Origin: an uncultured Oscillospiraceae bacterium | GTDB taxonomy: Bacteria > Bacillota > Clostridia > Oscillospirales > Oscillospiraceae | DNA: 44,602 nucleotides | Assembly (NCBI GenBank): GCA_964534615.1 | Contig: CAZHPO010000001.1 | Span: 1 to 44,602, forward strand | Reading direction: 5' to 3' | Shown: piece by piece, positions 1 through 8,434 of the stretch | How positions within the stretch are numbered: position 1 is the stretch's first letter | Layout: the number at the start of each line of letters is the position of its first letter | Translations under genes and position numbers: made by a program | The notes under the pieces: model-generated | The model's input: only the letters and a program-made list of their open reading frames with translations | Told to the model about the DNA's origin: nothing | Database searches by the model: none

Positions 1-80
1 CGATCGGTGGTAGGCCGGGTGGTAAGTCCTTCGGGGGTTTTTAAATTCACACCCCTTGCTTTTCCTGTAATGACTCTCAT
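1..80 (-). CDS. rsmD: 16S rRNA m2G966 methyltransferase RsmD, 5' part only (runs off window)
   Basis: Not in the ORF track. The reverse complement of 1-80 reads MRVITGKARGVNLKTPEGLTTRPTTD, the typical RsmD N-terminus; its ATG overlaps the uvrC stop (ATGA). Confidence 0.85.
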   Translation of the reverse strand, partial: MRVITGKARGVNLKTPEGLTTRPTTD

Positions 81-1903
81 TGTTGATCCTCTGTTCTTTC
101 GTGAAAATGCTGATACACTGCCATTGCCGCATCATTAGGGAGCAGTCGTTCCAGTTCCGGCAAGGTAGCCTGACCAATAGCGGTCAGGGATTTGAATTGC
201 TTCAAAAGTTCCTGCTTCCGCTTGGGGCCAATGCCGGGGATTCCATCCAGTTCCGAATAGCGCAGACGTTTGCTGCGTAAGGAACGATGGTACGTGATGG
301 CAAACCGGTGGGTCTCCTCCTGAATGGTTCCAACAAAGGAAAAGACAGTCTGGTTGGTATCAATTGAAATTTCTTCTCCCTCCGGGGTCACCAGCGCTCT
401 TGTACGGTGGCGATCATCCTTGACCATGCCGAACACAGGCATGGTCAAATTCAGCTCTGAAAGCGCTTGCACAGCCACATTCGCATGGTTGATGCCACCA
501 TCGATCAGCAACAGATCCGGTTTTTCATCGAATCCCTTGTCCCCTGCTTTGTAATGGGCAAAGCGGCGCTTCACCACCTGATGCATGGATGCGTAATCGT
601 CCTGATTGAGCAGCCCTTCCAATTTAAAGCGCTTGTAGTCGCTTTTTCGGGGCTTGCCGTCCTGAAAAACCACCATGCTGGCAACAATATCTGTGCCGGA
701 AATATTGGAAATATCAAAGGACTCGATCCGCTTGGGAGGCTCCATGCCCAGCATTTTGCCCAGAAGGATCAGTGTCCCTGATACCCGTTCATCCTTGTCT
801 GTGACTCGCTGTGCCTCCTCAAAGGCATTTTTATTAGCCAGATCAACCAGATGGGCATTGTCGCCTCGCTGGGGCACATGGAGCTTGGGACGGCGATGAT
901 ACTGCTGTTCCATCAGTTCCGCGAACAACTCCCCGTCTTCCATTGCAAAGGGCAACAACACACGCTTGGGTGCTAACCCTCTGCTCAAATAGAATTGCTT
1001 TAGAAGGCTGCTGACAGCCTCCTGCTTGTCGTCTGGACGGGCAAATACTTCGTATTCCTTATCCAGCAAATTGCCGCCGGAGAAGTGCAGAACCGCAAAG
1101 CAGGCTTTTGCTTCTGTCTCGCCGTAGCCAACCACATCGGTATCTGCCAGAGAACCGGCGGTCACCAGCTGTTTTTGGCTCAGGGATTCTACAGCATTTA
1201 AGCGATCTCTCAAGCTGGCTGCCAGTTCAAATTTCAACTCGTCAGCGGCAGCAAGCATTTGAGTCCGGATCTCATCAGCCACGGATTTATAATTGCCTTG
1301 CAGTAATTGCCGAGCCTGCTCCATCCGTTGGCGGTATTCCAGAAAACTGGCTCCCTCCTGGCACCATCCGGCGCATTGATTCATGTGATAATTGAGGCAG
1401 GGTCTTCCCTTTCCAACGTCCTTCGGAAAACTGCGGTTACATCCGGGCAGTTTTAGGGTTAGTCGGATGGCTTCGACCACGTCGTTGGTGACACCCCTGC
1501 TGCCGTAAGGTCCGAAATACTCTGCACCGTCATCTGCAATTTTTTTGACCAGGGAAATCTTGGGATAGGGCTCTTTCATATTCAGCCTCAGATAAGGATA
1601 GCCTTTATCGTCCTTCAAAAGGATGTTGTACTTGGGCATATATCGCTTGATCAGGCTACATTCCAGAACCAGTGCCTCAAATTCAGAAGCGGCAACGATC
1701 ACGTCAAAGTGATCGATATGGCTGACCATCAGCCGAGTTTTTGGGGTATGAGATGCCGTGTCCTGAAAGTACTGTCCCACCCGGTTTTTTAATTTCTTGG
1801 CCTTGCCCACATAGATGACTTTGTCATCACGATTTCGCATAATATACACGCCGGGCGCATATGGAAGGCTCAGTGCCTTTTCTTTCAGTTCGTCAAATGT
1901 CAT
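77..1903 (-). CDS. uvrC: Excinuclease ABC subunit C
   Basis: GIY-YIG start (PGVYIM...YVGKAKKLKNRV), RNase H-like domain (ESFDISN, LIDGG), C-terminal HhH (GIPGIGPKR). Start moved to ATG at 1903, preceded by AGGTGG. Confidence 0.96.
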   Translation of the reverse strand: MTFDELKEKALSLPYAPGVYIMRNRDDKVIYVGKAKKLKNRVGQYFQDTASHTPKTRLMVSHIDHFDVIVAASEFEALVLECSLIKRYMPKYNILLKDDKGYPYLRLNMKEPYPKISLVKKIADDGAEYFGPYGSRGVTNDVVEAIRLTLKLPGCNRSFPKDVGKGRPCLNYHMNQCAGWCQEGASFLEYRQRMEQARQLLQGNYKSVADEIRTQMLAAADELKFELAASLRDRLNAVESLSQKQLVTAGSLADTDVVGYGETEAKACFAVLHFSGGNLLDKEYEVFARPDDKQEAVSSLLKQFYLSRGLAPKRVLLPFAMEDGELFAELMEQQYHRRPKLHVPQRGDNAHLVDLANKNAFEEAQRVTDKDERVSGTLILLGKMLGMEPPKRIESFDISNISGTDIVASMVVFQDGKPRKSDYKRFKLEGLLNQDDYASMHQVVKRRFAHYKAGDKGFDEKPDLLLIDGGINHANVAVQALSELNLTMPVFGMVKDDRHRTRALVTPEGEEISIDTNQTVFSFVGTIQEETHRFAITYHRSLRSKRLRYSELDGIPGIGPKRKQELLKQFKSLTAIGQATLPELERLLPNDAAMAVYQHFHERTEDQQ

Positions 1904-1914
1904 AATCCCACCTA

Positions 1915-1950
1915 CAAAGAACCGCCTCAATGCTAGGCGCACTGAGGCGG
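1915..1950 (-). terminator. Intrinsic terminator/attenuator between HPr gene and uvrC
   Basis: Minus strand CCGCCTCAGTGC-gccta-GCATTGAGGCGG followed by TTCTTTG. Confidence 0.7.
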
Positions 1951-1961
1951 AACATGTTTCA

Positions 1962-2222
1962 TCAATAAATATCTCTTTGCAACAGGACTTCCAGTGCATT
2001 CACAGCTGCTTCAGCATCGCTGCCGTCAGCAGACAGGGTCACAGTGGTACCGGTGACAATTCCCAGAGACATGATACCCAGCAGGCTCTTGGCATTCATT
2101 TTGCGGCTGCCGGATTCCAGCCAGATGGAACAGCTGAATTCATTGGCCTTTTGCACGAAATATGTAGCCTGCTTGTTATGCAGACCAGACTCGCAGCGTA
2201 CTACGATCTCTTTACTAAACAT
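1962..2222 (-). CDS. ptsH: HPr-family phosphocarrier protein (86 aa) with atypical His15 loop
   Basis: His at position 15 (GLHNKQA) and Ser46 motif NAKSLLGIMSL; start ATG 2222 with AAGGAG upstream. Confidence 0.88.
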   Translation of the reverse strand: MFSKEIVVRCESGLHNKQATYFVQKANEFSCSIWLESGSRKMNAKSLLGIMSLGIVTGTTVTLSADGSDAEAAVNALEVLLQRDIY

Positions 2223-2642
2223 TACATTCCACTCCTTATTCGCAGAAAACACTGCGTTCTTTTTATATGATACCAAAAATAAGCCAAAAGTCAACTAATT
2301 TTCTTATCAATTCAACGAAGTTCTGCAATCGTCACACCATCTTCGCCCTCACCATAAACGCCCAGGCGGAAAGATTTGATGAACTTGTTCTTCCGCAGAC
2401 TTTGCCTGCTTGTTATGCAGACCAGACTCGCAGCGTACTACGATCTCTTTACTAAACATTACATTCCACTCCTTATTCGCAGAAAACACTGCGTTCTTTT
2501 TATATGATACCAAAAATAAGCCAAAAGTCAACTAATTTTCTTATCAATTCAACGAAGTTCTGCAATCGTCACACCATCTTCGCCCTCACCATAAACGCCC
2601 AGGCGGAAAGATTTGATGAACTTGTTCTTCCGCAGACTTTGC
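2167..2642. repeat. Perfect 237-bp tandem duplication (2167-2403 / 2404-2640, 2-bp GC junction microhomology)
   Basis: Direct reading: GCCTGCTTGTTATGCAG...CCGCAGACTTT occurs twice. Duplicated ORFs in the track are offset by exactly 237 (2294/2531, 2267/2504). Confidence 0.95.
2267..2294 (-). promoter_or_regulatory. Putative sigma-A promoter of HPr gene (second copy at 2504-2531)
   Basis: Minus strand TTGACT-16 nt-TATCAT with extended -10 TG. Confidence 0.55.
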
Positions 2643-5104
2643 TGCACAGCAGAACGAAGCACACCGGTGCCTTTGCCGTGAATAATACGAATGGTTGACA
2701 AATTGCTTCGCATCGCTTCATCGATATACCGTTCCAGTACGCAAATAGCCTCCACACTGTCCATTCCACGCAGATCCACTTCTGTGGACGCAGCTGTGAT
2801 CTTCATTTCTCTGCCGGAATGAGCCGGTCGTGAGACTTTTTCCTTATAAGGGTTGTTTCCTTCCAGAAGATAGATCTCATCTGCCTTAGCGGTCATTTTT
2901 AAAATACCGGCTTGCAGCAGATATGTTCCATCCTTGTTGATGGAAATAACGCTGGCTTTGGTACCTAGTTTTAACAATTCCACCGTATCGCCCACCAAAA
3001 CGCCTCTTGATGGCTTGGGACGCTCTTTTTCCGGTGCTTTTGTCCGCAGTTTTTCTTCCACTTCGTTCAGGTTGCGGCGCAACTCTGCCTGACGCTGATT
3101 GATACCCGTGGCATCTGCACTGTCTTGCAGCTGCTTGCGCAGTTGCTTCAATTCTTCTGATGCAAGGTTGGCAGCTGCTCTGGCTTCATCAATGATGTAC
3201 TGCGCCTCTTTTCGGGCAGCTTCCATGGCTTTTTCTTTTTCCTTTTGGAGTTGTGCGTTGTATTGTTCACTTTCCTGCTTGATTTTTGCTGTTTCCCGGC
3301 GCAAGTGCTCGGCTTCCTGTCTGGCATTTTCCATTTGCTGTCGCTGCTGTTCCAGCTGAGAAAGCACATCTTCGAAATCCTTGTCACTTTTGCTGACCAA
3401 GTCAGATGCTTCTTTGAGAATATCCTCCGAAAGTCCCAGTTTGCGGGAAATTGCAAATGCATTGGATTTTCCCGGAATGCCAATGAGCAACTTATAAGTG
3501 GGCCGTAATGTCTCCACATCAAATTCGCAGGATGCATTGATTACACCCTTGGTGCGCATGGCATAGAGCTTCAGTTCCGCATAATGGGTCGTTGCAACTA
3601 CACGGCTGTTCATTTTGCGGCAAAATTCAATAATGGCATTGGCCAAAGCTGCACCTTCTGCCGGATCTGTTCCGGCGCCCAGTTCGTCAAACAGGACCAA
3701 TGTGCGGTCATCACATTCAGCCACAACATCAACGATCGTACGCATATGGCTGGAGAAAGTGGATAAGCTCTGGGCAATGGACTGCTCATCACCGATATCG
3801 GCAAGAATAGACTCAAAGGTAGAAAGCTTGCTGCCGTCGCCTGCCGGTATATGGAGGCCACATTCGGCCATCAGGGTCAGCAAGCCGATTGTCTTTAATG
3901 TAACCGTTTTACCGCCGGTATTGGGGCCTGGAGAAAGTGGATAAGCTCTGGCAATGGACTGCTCATCACCGATATCGGCAAGAATAGACTCAAAGGTAGA
4001 AAGCTTGCTGCCGTCGCCTGCCGGTATATGGAGGCCACATTCGGCCATCAGGGTCAGCAAGCCGATTGTCTTTAATGTAACCGTTTTACCGCCGGTATTG
4101 GGGCCGGTAATAATCATGGTGTCAAAGTCTGTTCCCAAACGTACCGACACGGGAACAACGGCCTTCGGATCAATTAACGGATGCCGTGCAGAGCGAAGCT
4201 CAACGATTCCCCTATCATTCATCAGCGGCTCCCAGGCACGCATCCGATATCCCAGCTTTGCCTTAGCAAAGATCACATCCAATCGCACCAGAATGCGGAA
4301 ATCGTCATTGATTCCCTCCTGATATGCGGCTGCCTCAGCAGATAATTCCGCTAAGATCCGTTGAATTTCTTTCTTTTCTTTGATTTCCAGTTCCCGTAAG
4401 GCATTATTGGCATTGACCGCCGATACAGGCTCAATAAAATAGGTAGAACCAGAGGAAGATACATCATGCACCAGACCTGGCACATCGCCTTTACATTCCG
4501 ACTTCACCGGTACCACATAGCGACCCTGACGAATGGTGATGATCGGCTCACGCAGATATTTGGAATAGGCAGGTGATGAAATAATCTTCTGTAAAGTATC
4601 CCGAATTTTACCAGCCTGCAAACGCATGTGGCGGCGAATATCTGCAAGTGCCGGGGATGCGTTATCAGCAATTTCCTCCTCAGAAAGAATTGCTCCGAAA
4701 ATCTTATCTTCCAGATATTTATTGGCAGTCAGACAATGGAACAGACTGTCCAGCACTGTTGCCTTTTCATCTTCGGAAATATAGCCTTTGACCATGCGGG
4801 CACAGCGCAGCACAGCGCCAATCTCCAGCAGTTCCTTGGGCTGCAAACAGCCGCCCCGATCTGCTCGCTCCAGAGAGGCAGATACATCCCGAACTTCTCC
4901 AAAAGCCGGATTGCCCTTCCGTGTGCATAAGTCAGAAGCAGCAGTTGTCTCAGCAAGCAGAGATTGAACTTCTTCCAGATCAGATATCGGCATTAATGCT
5001 CGACAGGCTGCCTTACCAGCTTCACTTCCTGCACACTCAGCAAGCTGCTCTAATACCTGGGGCAGTTCCAGCTTGTGCAGAGATTTTTCATATAATTCAG
5101 ACAT
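2549..5104 (-). CDS. mutS2: Endonuclease MutS2 (ATPase + coiled coil + KOW + Smr) carrying a 59-codon internal duplication
   Basis: ARHPLI, Walker A GPNTGGKT (twice), DIGDEQSI, DELGAGTDP, TTHY, Smr IIHGKGTGVLR; 851 aa, or 792 aa without the duplication. Confidence 0.95.
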   Translation of the reverse strand: MSELYEKSLHKLELPQVLEQLAECAGSEAGKAACRALMPISDLEEVQSLLAETTAASDLCTRKGNPAFGEVRDVSASLERADRGGCLQPKELLEIGAVLRCARMVKGYISEDEKATVLDSLFHCLTANKYLEDKIFGAILSEEEIADNASPALADIRRHMRLQAGKIRDTLQKIISSPAYSKYLREPIITIRQGRYVVPVKSECKGDVPGLVHDVSSSGSTYFIEPVSAVNANNALRELEIKEKKEIQRILAELSAEAAAYQEGINDDFRILVRLDVIFAKAKLGYRMRAWEPLMNDRGIVELRSARHPLIDPKAVVPVSVRLGTDFDTMIITGPNTGGKTVTLKTIGLLTLMAECGLHIPAGDGSKLSTFESILADIGDEQSIARAYPLSPGPNTGGKTVTLKTIGLLTLMAECGLHIPAGDGSKLSTFESILADIGDEQSIAQSLSTFSSHMRTIVDVVAECDDRTLVLFDELGAGTDPAEGAALANAIIEFCRKMNSRVVATTHYAELKLYAMRTKGVINASCEFDVETLRPTYKLLIGIPGKSNAFAISRKLGLSEDILKEASDLVSKSDKDFEDVLSQLEQQRQQMENARQEAEHLRRETAKIKQESEQYNAQLQKEKEKAMEAARKEAQYIIDEARAAANLASEELKQLRKQLQDSADATGINQRQAELRRNLNEVEEKLRTKAPEKERPKPSRGVLVGDTVELLKLGTKASVISINKDGTYLLQAGILKMTAKADEIYLLEGNNPYKEKVSRPAHSGREMKITAASTEVDLRGMDSVEAICVLERYIDEAMRSNLSTIRIIHGKGTGVLRSAVQQSLRKNKFIKSFRLGVYGEGEDGVTIAELR
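3750..4105. repeat. Tandem duplication inside mutS2 (3750-3927, 178 bp; 3928-4104, 177 bp)
   Basis: CTGGAGAAAGTGGATAAGCTCTG...GTATTGGGGC repeated; copies differ only by GGG (3772-3774) vs GG (3950-3951). Confidence 0.95.
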
Positions 5105-5113
5105 GGTGATCTC

Positions 5114-5857
5114 CTATATGTTTAGAGATTTGTAAAAATCCAGCGTGGAAAACCCCCGTTCCAGCTGAGTACATAAGTACCCCTCCGTCACAGAGGAAAG
5201 CTGTTTCATTGCAGCTTCCCCCATATCGAAGGAAAATAATTTTTGCGGGTTACAGTAAACGATATAACGCATGGCATCAAGAATACCGGCGGTAATGGGC
5301 ATCCGAATACTGCCGGTTTCAGATTGACCACAACCCTGGCATTCCAACCGCCCTTGTGAAATATCAAATCGATCCGGTCGATCCATTCCGCAAACGTGAC
5401 AAACGGTTAGATCTGGCGCATATCCAGTCAAGGCGGCTACACGCAGCTCAAAAACAGCTTTTACCTGATATTCAGATTTTCTGAGTTTGTCCAGAGCATA
5501 TAAGCAGTTGAGTACCAGCGCTAACAATTCCGGGCTGGGCATATCTTCTTGGGAAAGCACCTCTGCCACCTGAGCAAAGTATGTTCCAAGACTCAATTTC
5601 ACCAGATCTCGCCGCAGGCCGTGGAAAAGTTCAATGGAGTGGGCTTCGTTGATGGTATACGTCCCACGATAGTCAAACAGGGTAAATTCCCCATAAGCCA
5701 AAAGTTGACAGGGGGCAATCAACGGACTGTTTTTTCGACGGAGGCCTCGTGCTTTTATGGTCAATTTTCCATGTTCCGGCGTCAGCACAGTCAGAAGGCT
5801 GTCTTTATCATTGTAATCGGTTACCCGTAGTACCAGTGCTTTCGTCGTAAGATACAT
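5114..5857 (-). CDS. recO: DNA repair protein RecO
   Basis: N-terminal OB fold (ALVLRVTDYNDKDSLLTVLTPEHGK), zinc motif CxxC...CxxC, position downstream of era. Confidence 0.95.
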   Translation of the reverse strand: MYLTTKALVLRVTDYNDKDSLLTVLTPEHGKLTIKARGLRRKNSPLIAPCQLLAYGEFTLFDYRGTYTINEAHSIELFHGLRRDLVKLSLGTYFAQVAEVLSQEDMPSPELLALVLNCLYALDKLRKSEYQVKAVFELRVAALTGYAPDLTVCHVCGMDRPDRFDISQGRLECQGCGQSETGSIRMPITAGILDAMRYIVYCNPQKLFSFDMGEAAMKQLSSVTEGYLCTQLERGFSTLDFYKSLNI

Positions 5858-5951
5858 GGTTTATTTCCATCCTTTTTGCTTGACAGTAGAGCATATAAGC
5901 CTCCGGTGAACCGGTCGCCATAAAAATGTGCCAATAATCTTTTTCGGTCAT
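5808..5951 (-). CDS. yqzL: YqzL-family small protein (47 aa)
   Basis: WHIFMATGSPEAYMLY motif and the era-yqzL-recO position known from Bacillus; RBS GGAGG upstream of ATG 5951. Confidence 0.75.
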   Translation of the reverse strand: MTEKDYWHIFMATGSPEAYMLYCQAKRMEINHVSYDESTGTTGNRLQ

Positions 5952-6011
5952 AAATGTATCCTCCCTATTTCTAGGGTAGCCCCAGATGACCGATTTTACC
6001 ACAGGAAAATC

Positions 6012-6899
6012 TTACTCTTTATAGCCGAAATTACGTACAAGCACATCGCTGTCACGCCAATTTTCCTTCACTTTGATCCATGTGGTCAGATAGACCTTTG
6101 TGCCCATAAACCTTTCGCAGTCTTTCCGTGCCTGGGTAGAGATTTTTTTCAGCATTTCACCGTTTTTACCGATAATAATGCCCTTATGACTGGCCTTTTC
6201 GCAGAAAATAGTAACATCCAGATCAATAATTCCATTTTCACGTTCTGTGAAGGTGTTGACTTCCACCGCAGTTCCGTGGGGAATTTCCTTATCCAAATTC
6301 CACAGCAGTTTTTCTCGAATGATCTCAGCCATCACCTGTTTTTCCGGCTGGTCGGTGGTCAAATCGTCCGGGAAAAGGAACGGACTTTCTATGGTATATT
6401 TTTCACACTCTTTCAGCAGTTCTTCCACACCGTCGCCGGTGCGAGCAGAAATGGGAATGATGGCATCGAACTTAAACGCCTCAGAATAAACGGCGATGAC
6501 TTCCAGCAGTTTTTCCTTTTCCACGGTGTCAATCTTGTTGATGGCCAAAACCACCGGGCAACGGGTCGATTTCAGCTGCTCCAGCAAAGCCTGTTCCTGC
6601 GTACCAACAGAGGCAATCGGCTCCACCACCAAAATTGTCATATCCACATCGGAAATGGACTCTTTGACGGTGCTGACCATATAATCGCCCAGTTTAGTCC
6701 GTGCTTTATGGAAGCCAGGGGTATCCACAAACACAAATTGCGCATTTCCACGTGTTACAATACCGCAAATTCGGTTACGGGTGGTCTGAGGTTTATTGGA
6801 AACGATAGCGATCTTTTCGCCAACCAGGTAATTGGTCAAAGTGGACTTGCCGACGTTCGGCCGTCCGGCAATGGTGATCATAGCGGTTTTTGTTTTCAT
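6012..6899 (-). CDS. era: GTPase Era
   Basis: G1 GRPNVGKS, QTTR, DTPG, NKID, KH-domain GIIIGKNGEMLK. Confidence 0.97.
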   Translation of the reverse strand: MKTKTAMITIAGRPNVGKSTLTNYLVGEKIAIVSNKPQTTRNRICGIVTRGNAQFVFVDTPGFHKARTKLGDYMVSTVKESISDVDMTILVVEPIASVGTQEQALLEQLKSTRCPVVLAINKIDTVEKEKLLEVIAVYSEAFKFDAIIPISARTGDGVEELLKECEKYTIESPFLFPDDLTTDQPEKQVMAEIIREKLLWNLDKEIPHGTAVEVNTFTERENGIIDLDVTIFCEKASHKGIIIGKNGEMLKKISTQARKDCERFMGTKVYLTTWIKVKENWRDSDVLVRNFGYKE

Positions 6900-6918
6900 A
6901 TGTTTCTACCTCGATTCT

Positions 6919-7416
6919 TTAGTCTCGTCTCATACCGGGGATCGCCGCTGCAATGGCTTCCTCTCTGCCCCGCATTTGCTTTTTCTGCGGCCCCTCATCC
7001 AGATGGTCATAGCCCAGCAGATGCAGCATGGAATGAATGGTCAAATATCCCACTTCACGTTTGGTGGAGTGTCCAAACTCTTTGGCCTGAGCAGTGGCAC
7101 GTTCCAGAGAAATACACATATCCCCTAAAGGACAAAGTCCGGTCTCAAAATCCAGATATTCTTCCCAGTCTGTAGGCGGGTTTCCGGGATTCAGCTGGAA
7201 CATGGGGAAAGAAAGCACATCCGTGGGACGGTCAATGTCTCGGCTAGCTTTGTTGATGGTATGGATGCCCTGATCATTGGTGACAAGCACGTTGATTTCG
7301 CAGTCGGCTGTAATTCTTTCCGCTTTCAGGGTTTCATTAATACACCGGCGAATAATGGACACCACCAAAGGTTTTTTGACGGTGAAAACATCGAATGTAA
7401 TATTGATCTTATTCAT
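6919..7416 (-). CDS. ybeY: rRNA maturation endoribonuclease YbeY
   Basis: PTDVLSFP and HSMLHLLGYDH signatures; start reassigned to ATG 7416. Confidence 0.95.
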   Translation of the reverse strand: MNKINITFDVFTVKKPLVVSIIRRCINETLKAERITADCEINVLVTNDQGIHTINKASRDIDRPTDVLSFPMFQLNPGNPPTDWEEYLDFETGLCPLGDMCISLERATAQAKEFGHSTKREVGYLTIHSMLHLLGYDHLDEGPQKKQMRGREEAIAAAIPGMRRD

Positions 7417-7417
7417 A

Positions 7418-8434
7418 TTATCTTTTCCTCTGATAATTTCCTTTAAAGTTTGTGTTTGGTTTTTTGATTTCCGGTTTTTTCTCTGCTTTTTCATAGGCGT
7501 TGATGATCTGCTGCACCAAAGCATGGCGAACGACATCTGCACTGGAAAGCCTGCAAATGGCAATGTCTTTCACATCTTCCAGAACACGTACTGCATCTTT
7601 TAAACCTGAGACCTTGTCATCCGGCAAATCGATTTGAGTCACATCACCGGTAATCACGATTTTAGATCCAAATCCCAAACGGGTCAAGAACATTTTCATT
7701 TGTTCACGGGTGGTATTCTGTGCTTCGTCCAAAATAATAAAGCTGTCGTCCAGCGTTCGACCTCTCATATAGGCCAGAGGTGCCACCTCAATAGAACCTC
7801 GCTCCTGATATTTCTGAAAGGTTTCCGGCCCCAGCATATCATACAGCGCATCATATAGCGGACGCAGGTAAGGATCTACCTTATTCTGTAAATCACCGGG
7901 AAGAAAGCCCAGGCGCTCTCCAGCCTCTACCGCCGGACGCGTCAATATAATGCGATTGACCGTTCTTTCCCGGAAAGCAGCTACAGCAGCTGCCACGGCA
8001 AGATATGTTTTGCCGGTGCCGGCAGGTCCTACACCAATGGTAATGGTGTTTTCCTGAATGGCTTTCATGTATTTCTGCTGTCCAACGGTTTTAGCCTTGA
8101 TGGGTTTCCCTTTGGCGGTGATACATACAACATCTTTGGCCATCTGCGCGATCTGAGCATCTTCTCCCTGCTGTACAAGGGTGATCAGATAACGTACCCT
8201 CTGTTCATCAATCGTTTCTCCTTTTGCAGCCAGCATCAGCAGGCTTTCCAGTGTTCGAACCGCTTTGTCGGCAGATTCTTCATCGCCACTGATTTTCAGC
8301 TCAGTGCCCCGATTGACAATGGAAACACACAGGGTCTCCTCAATACGATGGATATTTTCATCAAATGAGCCGAAAACGGCGATCATATCCTCCACTCGCT
8401 CTGCATTGACTGTTCGTTCTATTACTTTACTCAT
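7418..8434 (-). CDS. phoH: PhoH-family ATPase (YbeZ/YqfE-like)
   Basis: GPAGTGKT, RPAVEAGERLGFLPG, LAYMRGRTL, ILDEAQN, GDVTQIDL. Confidence 0.96.
   Translation of the reverse strand: MSKVIERTVNAERVEDMIAVFGSFDENIHRIEETLCVSIVNRGTELKISGDEESADKAVRTLESLLMLAAKGETIDEQRVRYLITLVQQGEDAQIAQMAKDVVCITAKGKPIKAKTVGQQKYMKAIQENTITIGVGPAGTGKTYLAVAAAVAAFRERTVNRIILTRPAVEAGERLGFLPGDLQNKVDPYLRPLYDALYDMLGPETFQKYQERGSIEVAPLAYMRGRTLDDSFIILDEAQNTTREQMKMFLTRLGFGSKIVITGDVTQIDLPDDKVSGLKDAVRVLEDVKDIAICRLSSADVVRHALVQQIINAYEKAEKKPEIKKPNTNFKGNYQRKR

Noticed and set aside
1949-1962. GAACATGTTTC upstream of uvrC as a LexA box
   Set aside because: Spacing does not fit GAAC-N4-GTTY.
2167-4105. Repeats as a CRISPR array, IS ends or DGR template/variable repeats
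   Set aside because: Only two adjacent copies each, no spacers, no transposase or reverse transcriptase, no adenine-specific mismatches.
5928-7175. 415-aa plus-strand ORF
   Set aside because: Antisense shadow of era/ybeY; no RBS or recognisable motifs.
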